A stretch of DNA of 64,000 nt, from assembly GCA_964434055.1 (NCBI GenBank), contig CAYSSY010000003.1:10372-74371 (forward strand). Direction: 5' to 3'. Source of the stretch: an uncultured Gammaproteobacteria bacterium. GTDB taxonomy: Bacteria > Patescibacteriota > Patescibacteriia > UBA2196 > CAYSSY01. A program made the position numbers and the translations under genes. The notes below the pieces were generated by a model. The model was not told where the DNA came from and made no database searches. It saw only the letters and a program-made list of their open reading frames with translations. Below are positions 1 to 8,720 of this stretch, piece after piece (positions within the stretch are counted from its first letter, which is position 1; every line of letters begins with the position of its first letter).

Positions 1-238
1 AAAATTTTTCTGATTTTTTGCGATTATGTGTAACCTGATCGAGATAACCCAACAAAAAATCAATTATGCTTTCCAAAACATTCTGCAATCCTTTAGGCAC
101 TGACTTGATCTTAGTTTGTCTAAAGACTAACGCCAATGTAACAAAAAAAATCACAGCTAAAAAACTATTAATCAAAGAATTGGTGACCGGAAAACTGCCG
201 ATATGAAAAATAGGTTCAGCACTTAAACTAATATTCAT
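1..238 (-). CDS. atpB: F0F1 ATP synthase subunit a (5' part; runs off window)
   Basis: Manual translation from ATG at 238: MNISLSAEPIFHIGSFPVTNSLIS...PKGLQNVLESII, typical subunit a N-terminus; follows an AtpI-like gene. Confidence 0.9.
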   Translation of the reverse strand, partial: MNISLSAEPIFHIGSFPVTNSLINSFLAVIFFVTLALVFRQTKIKSVPKGLQNVLESIIDFLLGYLDQVTHNRKKSEKF

Positions 239-271
239 AACTTAATAGTTTTTATCTATGATTTTAAATTA

Positions 272-547
272 TTAATTAAGATTATCTTTTTTATCTCGTT
301 GATTATCTGTGGGATAGACCATTTCCTTTATTCTTTCCGATTTCTTCCAGACCAAGTAAACTGCGCTGCCGATACCCAATAGTCCGCCTAAAAAGGTGAA
401 AACAAAATCACTGGAAATTTTTCTATCCAAATAGCGCCCAACCAGAGTAAAAAAAATAACTGGCAAAGCAATCGTATATGCCAGCTCCCAGCCAATGGCG
501 CTTGCGAGCAGCATCTTTCTTTTCTGGCTTGGATCAATTTTAAACAT
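272..547 (-). CDS. AtpZ/AtpI family membrane protein
   Basis: Two TM helices with 'ELAYTIALP...GRYLDRK' pattern, directly upstream of atpB. Confidence 0.8.
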   Translation of the reverse strand: MFKIDPSQKRKMLLASAIGWELAYTIALPVIFFTLVGRYLDRKISSDFVFTFLGGLLGIGSAVYLVWKKSERIKEMVYPTDNQRDKKDNLN

Positions 548-672
548 GCAATGAAATTATCAAAATTTGAACAATTTTCCAAAACTTCTGCAATCTTTCT
601 ATTTTCAGTTTAATATTCTATAAAAAAAAATTGAACTGGTCAAGACTAAAATTTTTTTTTGGCTAATTTAAG

Positions 673-990
673 CTATTTTTTCTGATCCTTTTCTTTACCA
701 ATATAAATACGAACTTGTTTGATTAATTTATCAAAAGCCATGTCTAAAGCTTCTCTGATAGTATGATCGTCTTCAGAAGCAGTAAAGCTTTTACCGGCTA
801 AAGTAAAAATAAATTCAACTTGATAGGCTGATTTTTTAGCAAATTGCTCGGCTTTGACATCAAGTTTAAACTGATCAATTGCTCTGCCGGCACATAATTT
901 TTCTAAACGTTTAATTTTCTCTTTTAAGTAATCTTCCAAAAAAAATTTTTCTTTTTCTTCAATACTCTTTAGATAAAAATTAACATTCAT
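673..990 (-). CDS. raiA: Ribosome hibernation factor (HPF/RaiA family)
   Basis: 105 aa; 'YLKEKIKRLEK' and 'ASEDDHTIREALDMAFDKLIKQV' match the sigma-54 modulation/S30EA pattern. Confidence 0.85.
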   Translation of the reverse strand: MNVNFYLKSIEEKEKFFLEDYLKEKIKRLEKLCAGRAIDQFKLDVKAEQFAKKSAYQVEFIFTLAGKSFTASEDDHTIREALDMAFDKLIKQVRIYIGKEKDQKK

Positions 991-995
991 ATTCT

Positions 996-1973
996 TTATG
1001 TTAAACCAATAATTTTTTTAATTGCTGATAGATTCTTGTCGGCGATGCGACTTGCTTTGGCAGCGCCTAAACGCAAAATCTTTTCTATATATTTTTTATC
1101 TTTTAACAATTCTTCTCTTTTTTTTCTAATTGGGTTTAAAAAAGCAATAATTGATTCTGCTAAAACAGGCTTGAGTTCTGAATATTTTAATTGACCTTTT
1201 TGATAATCAACTTCAAACTTCTTAATCAGCTTTTCGTCTTGAACAAATTCTTTTAATAAATAAAGTAAATTCTGACCACCACCACTACCTTGAACGTTCC
1301 CGCTATCAGTGGTAGCACTCTTAATCTTACTTATTATTGTCTCTGGTGAATCAGACAAAGCAATATAGGATTTTGAACCCAAAGACTTAGACATTTTTTT
1401 ATTAGGATCTGACAAAGACATAATTCTCTTAGCTTGACTCAACTTAGGTTGTGGCTCGGGGAAAAATTGACCAAAACGATTGTTAAATTTGCGGGCGATT
1501 AAACGTGCCAGCTCGACATGTTGAACCTGATCCTCGCCAACCGGCACTATTCCTGCCTTATAGAGTAAAATATCAGCTGCCATCAAAACCGGATAATCAA
1601 AAAGACCCATATTGATATTGGCTTGCTGTCTTAAAGCTTTATCTTTATATTGAGTCATCCTTTCCAGCTCTGAGACCGGCGTTAAACAATTAAAAATCCA
1701 AGCCAACTCAGTGTGTTCAGAAACATGTGACTGAACAAAAATAATTGATTTCTCGGGATCAAGGCCACAAGCTAAAAAATCAACAGCAGTATCAAAAATT
1801 TGTTGCTGTTTTTTCTTGGGGTCAAAATCTTCAGTTAGTGAATGATAATCAACTACGCAAAAAATTGCTTGATAATCAGTCTGCATTTCTACCCACTGTT
1901 TAAGGGCGCCTAAATAATTACCTATATGGAGTTCGCCAGTCGGTTGAATACCGGAAAAAAGTATTGGTTTCAT
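996..1973 (-). CDS. trpS: Tryptophanyl-tRNA synthetase
   Basis: SGIQPTGELHIGNY (HIGH-like), VPVGEDQ, KMSKS. Confidence 0.98.
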   Translation of the reverse strand: MKPILFSGIQPTGELHIGNYLGALKQWVEMQTDYQAIFCVVDYHSLTEDFDPKKKQQQIFDTAVDFLACGLDPEKSIIFVQSHVSEHTELAWIFNCLTPVSELERMTQYKDKALRQQANINMGLFDYPVLMAADILLYKAGIVPVGEDQVQHVELARLIARKFNNRFGQFFPEPQPKLSQAKRIMSLSDPNKKMSKSLGSKSYIALSDSPETIISKIKSATTDSGNVQGSGGGQNLLYLLKEFVQDEKLIKKFEVDYQKGQLKYSELKPVLAESIIAFLNPIRKKREELLKDKKYIEKILRLGAAKASRIADKNLSAIKKIIGLT

Positions 1974-1981
1974 ATGTTTTT

Positions 1982-2010
1982 ATTGTAACTGATTTTTGCC
2001 TGGCTGTAAA
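1982..2010 (-). promoter_or_regulatory. Putative sigma70 promoter of trpS
   Basis: Minus strand TTTACA-17 nt-TACAAT, ending 8 nt before the ATG. Confidence 0.55.
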
Positions 2011-2011
2011 C

Positions 2012-2039
2012 TAAAAAACGAGTTAATTTCTCGTTTTTA
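2012..2039 (-). terminator. Intrinsic terminator after the methyltransferase/PEP-utilizer array
   Basis: AAAAACGAG-7 nt-CTCGTTTTT inverted repeat with A/T tracts. Confidence 0.6.
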
Positions 2040-2075
2040 AAGCATCGGATGTCTTTAAAAAATATTTCAATAAAA

Positions 2076-3563
2076 TTAAATTCTAACAACTTGACCTGAA
2101 TCGGCATTGACTCTAATTTTGTCTCCATCATTAAATATCTGAGTAGCAATTTTTGTGCCAATAACACAAGGAATCTTTAGTTCTCGCGCCATGATAGCAG
2201 CGTGGCAGGTTATGCCACCTTGATCAGTCACAATCGCTGCCGCTTTTTTCATGGCCGGCACCAGCACCGGTACGGTTTTTTCAGAAACCAAAATATCACC
2301 AAATTCCATTTTAGCCATGTCTTCTAGATCATTAATTATTTTAACCTTGCCCGTCACTTGTCCACCATAGGCAGTCTGCCCAATCAAATTATTTTGAGAC
2401 AAATCAACTTGTTTTGGTTTGAAAAACTGCAGTGCCATTTTTTTTGCCTCAGCACCAGTATAAATTTTAATCTTATGATCAGTTAAAACTATAATTGAAT
2501 GCTGAATACGAGCATTAAGTTCATGAACGTTATGTTTATTATCAACCAAAGCGGCTTTCATTTCCTGAGGCAGAATATGCCTAACCTGAATCGGGGTTAA
2601 ATGTAACCGCTTGGCAATCTCATGAATTAATTTATCCATATAAAAATAAGACTGATACAAGATGTCTTTTCTTTTATTTTTCCACCACATTAATAACTGA
2701 GCATTTTTAAAAAGATAACCTAACTTTTCATCTTTATCAAGCTCGCACTCGCGCCAATATCTTCTTTGTTTAGCAGCAAAATCTTTTCGAGCAAGCTTCA
2801 TCTTTTTCAATTCTTTGAACGGATCTATTTTTCTGGAAAGTAAGTCTTTAGCTTGATCTGTAAAATATTCTTCAGTCCAAGCTTGACCCTCATAATCAAA
2901 AGGCAACCAGCAATACTTTTTAGTGTGGTCCGCAATAAGCTTCTTTGAATAACTATTATTGAGCTTCCTCTTTGATTTAATCAGCATCTCAAGAAAATCA
3001 ATTTGTTCTTGTTCACGGACAGTAGTGCGATTAAGTGTAGTCATGACAAAAAAATATTCACCAACTTGATTCTCTTTTTTCAACTTTTTTAACTTAACTA
3101 GCAATAATTTTTTTAGATATTCAGAAAAAAGATTATTCTGCCCCTCCGGAGCATTGGGCACCCAGCCATATAAATACATCGCAAAATAAAGCTTTCGGTA
3201 TTGAAGATAAAGACTCAATAGTTGATGATTGTTTTTTTTACTTAAATCGCTCCGATAAACAGAGTGGCTAAAATTAATCAATTTACAACAAGAGGCTTCT
3301 AGTTTTTTTAAACAGTGTTGAACCCATTTTTTGTCAGCCATGATTCTCTTAATGGTCTTTTTGGCAACTAAATCAAATCGCTTATTATCGACCGCCCAAC
3401 GATTTACACGTTGACGCCATTCACCAACCGCCGAACCAAAATTCAAACCAGTTATTTTTTGAAAGTGAAAACAAAGCATTTCACTCAACATTAGCAAAGG
3501 CCAAATAGAAACATTATAATTTGAGGTAGCATAACTAAATTTTTTTGGATCCAATTTTACCAT
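2076..3563 (-). CDS. PEP-utilizing enzyme mobile (swivelling phosphohistidine) domain protein, no ATP-grasp domain evident
   Basis: C-terminal GDILVSEKT...AAIVTDQGGITCHAAIMARELKIPCVIGT; N-terminal ~390 aa helical-looking region without PPS/PPDK nucleotide-binding motifs. Confidence 0.85.
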   Translation of the reverse strand: MVKLDPKKFSYATSNYNVSIWPLLMLSEMLCFHFQKITGLNFGSAVGEWRQRVNRWAVDNKRFDLVAKKTIKRIMADKKWVQHCLKKLEASCCKLINFSHSVYRSDLSKKNNHQLLSLYLQYRKLYFAMYLYGWVPNAPEGQNNLFSEYLKKLLLVKLKKLKKENQVGEYFFVMTTLNRTTVREQEQIDFLEMLIKSKRKLNNSYSKKLIADHTKKYCWLPFDYEGQAWTEEYFTDQAKDLLSRKIDPFKELKKMKLARKDFAAKQRRYWRECELDKDEKLGYLFKNAQLLMWWKNKRKDILYQSYFYMDKLIHEIAKRLHLTPIQVRHILPQEMKAALVDNKHNVHELNARIQHSIIVLTDHKIKIYTGAEAKKMALQFFKPKQVDLSQNNLIGQTAYGGQVTGKVKIINDLEDMAKMEFGDILVSEKTVPVLVPAMKKAAAIVTDQGGITCHAAIMARELKIPCVIGTKIATQIFNDGDKIRVNADSGQVVRI

Positions 3564-3566
3564 AAA

Positions 3567-4427
3567 TTATTTACGTTTCATTATATAAATTGATTTGTTG
3601 TGAAAGGAATAACTAGGATCCTGGTCAATCTGAATTATCTTAAAAAATTTTTTAAATATCTTTTCATAATCACCTTGATAAAGCTGGGTAAATTTTGCAT
3701 CCAGGCCTAAGTTAAAAGATAAAGCACGATAAACTGCTTGATCTATCTTTTTACGCTTCAAGAAATTAAGCAGTGACTGTTCATACCACCCAAACTTGAT
3801 CTGCCACTTTTGTTGATCAAAATATTCTTTATTATGATTATTAATAAAGGCTTGATAAATAATTTCTTTATTGGAAAAATTCTTAAACCAGCCTGGCTTT
3901 TTTCGATAAAATTCGATCAGCGCTTTAAACTTCCCAGAGCGGATTTCCTTAGGTAAAAAAGACTTGTTCACCAAATAATAGCAACCATAAAGATAATAAC
4001 CACCATCTTTTAAATAATCATGAACATTTTTATGAAAAGATAAATAGTCTTTAAAGGCGATATTGTCCAAAGCTTCATCACTGATCACAAGATCAAAATA
4101 ATTTTTTTTAAATGGCTGGTCAAGCCAATTGCCTATTTTAAGCCGCTCTTTTGTTGGTTCGGTTTTCATAACGGTTTCCATAGCCTGAAACATTTCACGA
4201 TTAACATCAAGACAGGTGACTTGAAACTGGTGGCGGTTAAGCAGGTCGCGAAATTCCGGCGTTGAACCTAAAATTAAAGCGTGCTTATTTCTTTTCTTAC
4301 CAAATACTTTCTGCAAAAATTGGGAATATTTTTTAACTTCAAAAGGTGAAGGACGCCACGGCGGCGTCACTTTCAACCAGACGTCGGCATATTTTTTCCA
4401 ATTTTTATTAAATACCTTTTTAGACAT
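3567..4427 (-). CDS. Class I SAM-dependent methyltransferase-fold protein, array paralog 7
   Basis: PPWRPS, LILGSTPEFRD, LDVNREM, FDLVISD, LKDGGY; start moved to MSKKVF (4427) to avoid overlap with the upstream gene. Confidence 0.8.
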   Translation of the reverse strand: MSKKVFNKNWKKYADVWLKVTPPWRPSPFEVKKYSQFLQKVFGKKRNKHALILGSTPEFRDLLNRHQFQVTCLDVNREMFQAMETVMKTEPTKERLKIGNWLDQPFKKNYFDLVISDEALDNIAFKDYLSFHKNVHDYLKDGGYYLYGCYYLVNKSFLPKEIRSGKFKALIEFYRKKPGWFKNFSNKEIIYQAFINNHNKEYFDQQKWQIKFGWYEQSLLNFLKRKKIDQAVYRALSFNLGLDAKFTQLYQGDYEKIFKKFFKIIQIDQDPSYSFHNKSIYIMKRK

Positions 4428-4428
4428 A

Positions 4429-5286
4429 TTATTTTTTAACTTGACCAAAGAAAAATAACGCATAATTCTTGGTGAAAAAGAAATTATCAGCTTGTTTAAC
4501 CGGCATTAGCTGAAAAAAAACTGTCATGTTTTTTTCCAATACCTCTTTCTCAACAAAAGTATGAATGATGTTGCTACGAAACCACCACATGGCGTCAAAA
4601 GCTTTTTGTGAAAGCTCACCTTTTTTATAATATAAATACAAATGATCAAACAATTTTTTCATATATAAACGACATTGCTTTCTATTGTAAATCTTAGGTT
4701 TTAGCTCACTGTTAATATAGAGTGATAAGAACATGTCAAACCAATGAGATACACCACGATCGAATTTTTGGGTTATTTTTTTGACCGAATCTGGCGCAAT
4801 CTTTGAATTAAAAACAAATTCCCTAATAATCAAATAACCATCTTTTTTTAAAAGCCGATGATTTTCTTTAAAAAAACGGCTGTGATCTTTAACACTGATA
4901 TTATTAGTGACGCCGTCGCCAATGACAACATCAAAAGAATTATCAGCTAAACCAGATTCCAACCAATCGCCAATAATTATTTTTTCTTTTTTATGACCAG
5001 CATATCTCATGAGTTTATTGCATTTCACAATCATATCAGTGCTAACGTCAAGAGTAACTAAACTACCACCTAATTCTAAAACCAAATCCCTAATTTCCGG
5101 CGTTGCCCCTAGAACTAAAGCTTTGAAATGCTTTTTATTTTTAACAGCTTTCATTATAAGCTCTCGGTAAACAGCGATAATACCTTTCGCGGCTGATGGT
5201 GCACCTGGATAATTTGAGCGCTCCATAGTTCTTTGATCAGCAATTTTATCCCGCCATTCTTTTTGTTTTCTTTTAGTTATTGACAT
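4429..5286 (-). CDS. Class I SAM-dependent methyltransferase-fold protein, array paralog 6
   Basis: LVLGATPEIRD, LDVSTDM, GDWL, FDVVIGD, LKKDGY. Confidence 0.8.
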   Translation of the reverse strand: MSITKRKQKEWRDKIADQRTMERSNYPGAPSAAKGIIAVYRELIMKAVKNKKHFKALVLGATPEIRDLVLELGGSLVTLDVSTDMIVKCNKLMRYAGHKKEKIIIGDWLESGLADNSFDVVIGDGVTNNISVKDHSRFFKENHRLLKKDGYLIIREFVFNSKIAPDSVKKITQKFDRGVSHWFDMFLSLYINSELKPKIYNRKQCRLYMKKLFDHLYLYYKKGELSQKAFDAMWWFRSNIIHTFVEKEVLEKNMTVFFQLMPVKQADNFFFTKNYALFFFGQVKK

Positions 5287-5289
5287 AAA

Positions 5290-6132
5290 TTATTTCTTTT
5301 TAGCTAAATAAAAACGAGAAAGTACTTGTTCACCCGGAAACTCGTCCAAAATTTTAAAGTATTTTTCAAAAGATGATAAATAAGTTTCTTTTTTAAAAAT
5401 TACTGCCTGTTTTTTACTATTCAGATAGATCTTGAGGCCAGCTAATTCCTTCTCGGTAATTCTGTTTTGTTTGTACCAATTATCAAGCAGAGTCAGGTGC
5501 TTCTTTAAATTATCAGAATAATCCTGATAATATATTTTTTCATCTTTTGCCCGCCACGTGCTCAAAAGAAGTAGCCAGCGTAAATCATTAACATTGATAT
5601 TTTTTTGGTGATCATAATGACTAATAATTTCAGCGAAACTTTTAAATTGAAAGGTTTTATCAAAATAGCCAGTTTGCTCAAAAAAATAGCCAGTATTTTT
5701 TAACCAATGATTAATATTTAGAAATAATTTTGGCAAGTCTACTCTGGACACCATGTTAACTGCCCAATCTGATAAAACTAAATCAAAATGATTTTGAGGA
5801 AGAGAAGCTTTTAACCAGTCGGCATTAATCAAAACTTCTTGGGCATAATTTTGTTTCATAAACCGGCGCATGGCAAGCTGCATGTTATGGTTGATGTCAA
5901 TACTGGTTAAATGCCAACCTCGGGCTAAACACAAATCACGTAATTCCGGAGTCGAACCCAACACCAAAGTTTTTATGTTTTTCTTTTTTATAAGCTGACT
6001 TAAATACTTTCGATAAATTTTTATCGAATATGGTGAAACACGCCCGGGCGGCAAAGTCACTCGCCAGTTTTTGACTAAGCTGGGAATAGAATTATCTGGA
6101 AAATATTGGCTTAAATTTTTTTTAAGCGTCAT
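5290..6132 (-). CDS. Class I SAM-dependent methyltransferase-fold protein, array paralog 5
   Basis: PPGRVS, LVLGSTPELRD, IDINHNM, FDLVLSD, LKNTGY. Confidence 0.8.
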   Translation of the reverse strand: MTLKKNLSQYFPDNSIPSLVKNWRVTLPPGRVSPYSIKIYRKYLSQLIKKKNIKTLVLGSTPELRDLCLARGWHLTSIDINHNMQLAMRRFMKQNYAQEVLINADWLKASLPQNHFDLVLSDWAVNMVSRVDLPKLFLNINHWLKNTGYFFEQTGYFDKTFQFKSFAEIISHYDHQKNINVNDLRWLLLLSTWRAKDEKIYYQDYSDNLKKHLTLLDNWYKQNRITEKELAGLKIYLNSKKQAVIFKKETYLSSFEKYFKILDEFPGEQVLSRFYLAKKK

Positions 6133-6976
6133 ATTTTTTCTTTAATAAATAAGCTGGCATCTGCATAGCACAAAAATGATAATCCTGACATTGCTCTAGT
6201 GGGGATATTTCAAAATCTTTGCTTAATAAATCTTCTAAATGATCTTTAAATAATAACATCATGTATTTGTGAGCATTACTATGCGCATCTTGATACCAAT
6301 TAAAAAAATCTTTTATTTCATATTTTTTGTTAATTTTCAAAAGCTCCTGGTAAACAGCATATGAATCAACTATAGTCGGCGATCTCAGACAAGGATTTAT
6401 ATAACTGGAATATTTCAAATAATTAAAAAGTTCTATGTCAGATAATTGACCCTCTCGACGGGCGGCAAAATAATTTCCAACCTGTTCTGGAGTAATCATT
6501 TTGTTGCTAGTAACCGCTACAACCTCTCGGGTTAAAAAATAACCACCAGGACTCAATATCTTACTAATTTTATTAAGTAATTTTATAAGTTCATCCAAAT
6601 TTAAAATTTGATTTAAAGAAGCATCGCCAAGAACCAAATCAAATTCACCTTCTTTAAATTTAGTGGTCAGCCAATTAGAAACCAGGTAGTGTTCGTTTTT
6701 CTCTGTTTGGTGCATTAACTTCTCCATTGCCAAAATCATGCCTTCATTCAAATCACAAACCGTAACTTCATAGCCGTGACTGGCCAGCAGATCACGAAAC
6801 TCGGGCGTGGAGCCGAGAGTTAAGGCTTTAGGATTTGCTTTTTTAGCCTTGATTGTTTTAATAACTTTCTCCCAAATTTTAAGCTGAGTTGGACATGGTC
6901 GTGAAGGCGGCTTAACTAGATCAACCCATGACCGAGCCATAATTTCCCAGGTTTCTTTGTTTTGTGCCAGAGACAT
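6122..6976 (-). CDS. Class I SAM-dependent methyltransferase-fold protein, array paralog 4
   Basis: PPSRPC, LTLGSTPEFRD, CDLNEGM, FDLVLGD, LSPGGY. Confidence 0.8.
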   Translation of the reverse strand: MSLAQNKETWEIMARSWVDLVKPPSRPCPTQLKIWEKVIKTIKAKKANPKALTLGSTPEFRDLLASHGYEVTVCDLNEGMILAMEKLMHQTEKNEHYLVSNWLTTKFKEGEFDLVLGDASLNQILNLDELIKLLNKISKILSPGGYFLTREVVAVTSNKMITPEQVGNYFAARREGQLSDIELFNYLKYSSYINPCLRSPTIVDSYAVYQELLKINKKYEIKDFFNWYQDAHSNAHKYMMLLFKDHLEDLLSKDFEISPLEQCQDYHFCAMQMPAYLLKKKYDA

Positions 6977-6978
6977 AT

Positions 6979-7821
6979 TTATTGCTTCCTTTTTAGTTTA
7001 TAAATCCGAGACAGCTGACGGTAAACTGGGTGACAGGTGTCAGGCAGATACTTTTCAATTACAAAATATTTTTTAAGTAATTTTTCATCTTCTTGGCCAC
7101 TGTAGCCATAGGCCCAATATTTATGGCGTGGAATTATTTTTAAGGTTGCATCATTTAATTTTTTAATTTTTTGATCATTTTTCGCTAAAAATTTTAGTCT
7201 GGCAAAAAGCCGGTCGGCACTGACCTGTTTATTTTGACTGCCGCAACAAAAAACACCAAATGACCACAGATCACTGACCACTTTATCAGTCAATTTCTTT
7301 TGACTCATTTTCACAATCACCTTGTCTAAATCTAACAAGGCTTTTTTGTTAAAATAACTGAAAAAACGAGTAATAAAATAACCATCTTTTTTTAGTAAAT
7401 CATTGATATGCTGATACATTTGAAGTAAATCCCGACGGGGCACATTGCCAGTGACAAAATCACCAAAAACCAAATCGTAATAATTTTGCCTTAAGGGCGC
7501 GGTCGTCCAGCTTGCTTTAATCCAGGTTTCATTGTCTGTTTTTCTTTTCATTAAATTCGTCATGGCAATAATCATTTCCATATTAATGTCACACACCGTC
7601 ACTTTAAGCTGATGATATTTAGCAAACAAGTCTCGCAACTCTGGCGTCGAACCCAACAACAGCACTTGAACATTGTTTTTATTTTTAATTGCTTCGAACA
7701 TTAGTTTTTTAAAAGCCATAATATTGCCGAGAGAGGGCCGGGAGGGTGGATAAATTTTTAGCCAGGTTGCGGCAAAATTCCGCCAGGCTGCAGTATATTT
7801 TTTTTGAAGTGATTGAGGCAT
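6979..7821 (-). CDS. Class I SAM-dependent methyltransferase-fold protein, array paralog 3
   Basis: PPSRPS, LLLGSTPELRD, CDINMEM, YDLVFGD, LKKDGY. Confidence 0.8.
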   Translation of the reverse strand: MPQSLQKKYTAAWRNFAATWLKIYPPSRPSLGNIMAFKKLMFEAIKNKNNVQVLLLGSTPELRDLFAKYHQLKVTVCDINMEMIIAMTNLMKRKTDNETWIKASWTTAPLRQNYYDLVFGDFVTGNVPRRDLLQMYQHINDLLKKDGYFITRFFSYFNKKALLDLDKVIVKMSQKKLTDKVVSDLWSFGVFCCGSQNKQVSADRLFARLKFLAKNDQKIKKLNDATLKIIPRHKYWAYGYSGQEDEKLLKKYFVIEKYLPDTCHPVYRQLSRIYKLKRKQ

Positions 7822-7822
7822 A

Positions 7823-8629
7823 CTATTTTTTCTTTAAAAAATAAACAGGGCAAAGATATGACAAGCGATGATCAGAAGCGTGTTTTTTGGCTGTGATCTG
7901 GAAATATTTTTTTAGCTTTTTTTCTTCATTAATTTCTGCGTCCTGAAACCAAGTTTTTTCAAAAGGATAATCTGCAATAAATCTTTGATACAAAATTTTA
8001 TATTTTCTTCTGTTAGAAAGTGCTTGCTTACGGATCATCTGCTTAATAATTTGTCTAACACTTCTAAAGTCAAATTGTTTTAGTTTTTTATTCCAAACCA
8101 CTGACTGCAAGGCAAATTGAAACTCGCAGATATTAGGATCTTTTTGATCGGCATAATGTGTGACAACAGCGCTTGCTTTTAAATTATGATCAAGCATTAT
8201 GTGGCGAGTTATAAATAAGCCATCTTTTTTTAATAATCTTTTTATCTCTAAGTAAAACTGGCTGCGCAAATTGAGGGGGATATTGGAAATAACAAAATCA
8301 CCCAAGATATAATCAAAATAATTTGTCTTTAAAGGTGTTTCAAGCCAGTTGGCAATAACCCATGTTTCAGCAGCGCTTTTATAAGAGTATTTCATTAGTC
8401 GCGAGGTTGAGACAAGCATCTCTAAATTCATGTCACAGGCAACCACTTCACATTTTAACTCATGTCCGAGATCACGATATCTAGGTGTGGCGCCCAAAAC
8501 CAAAACTCTAGCGCCGGTTCTCATAACTTTCTTCATTAAAGCAACTTCACCAAAGGATGGTATTATTGGTTCGCGGTAAATATGCCATTGATCAGCAATC
8601 TTTTTAAACCAGTTAATGTTTGAATTCAT
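7823..8629 (-). CDS. Class I SAM-dependent methyltransferase-fold protein, array paralog 2
   Basis: LVLGATPRYRD, CDMNLEM, ANWL, FDYILGD, LKKDGL. Confidence 0.8.
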   Translation of the reverse strand: MNSNINWFKKIADQWHIYREPIIPSFGEVALMKKVMRTGARVLVLGATPRYRDLGHELKCEVVACDMNLEMLVSTSRLMKYSYKSAAETWVIANWLETPLKTNYFDYILGDFVISNIPLNLRSQFYLEIKRLLKKDGLFITRHIMLDHNLKASAVVTHYADQKDPNICEFQFALQSVVWNKKLKQFDFRSVRQIIKQMIRKQALSNRRKYKILYQRFIADYPFEKTWFQDAEINEEKKLKKYFQITAKKHASDHRLSYLCPVYFLKKK

Positions 8630-8644
8630 AAATGGTTGAGTTTT

Positions 8645-8714
8645 AGTAAGTGGTAGCCAGTAGTAAGTAACAGGGAGTAAGTAGTCGGTAAGCTATAGTC
8701 GTAAGTCATAAGTC
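8645..8714. repeat. Degenerate 7-nt tandem repeat (about 10 units)
   Basis: agtaagt ggtagcc agtagta agtaaca gggagta agtagtc ggtaagc tatagtc gtaagtc ataagtc. Confidence 0.7.
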
Positions 8715-8720
8715 AGCCGA

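Noticed and set aside
1974-2075. T-box riboswitch upstream of trpS
   Set aside because: Only about 100 nt, no T-box consensus seen; the hairpin is better explained as the upstream operon's terminator.
8645-8714. CRISPR array
   Set aside because: Units are 7 nt and contiguous with no spacers; no cas genes.
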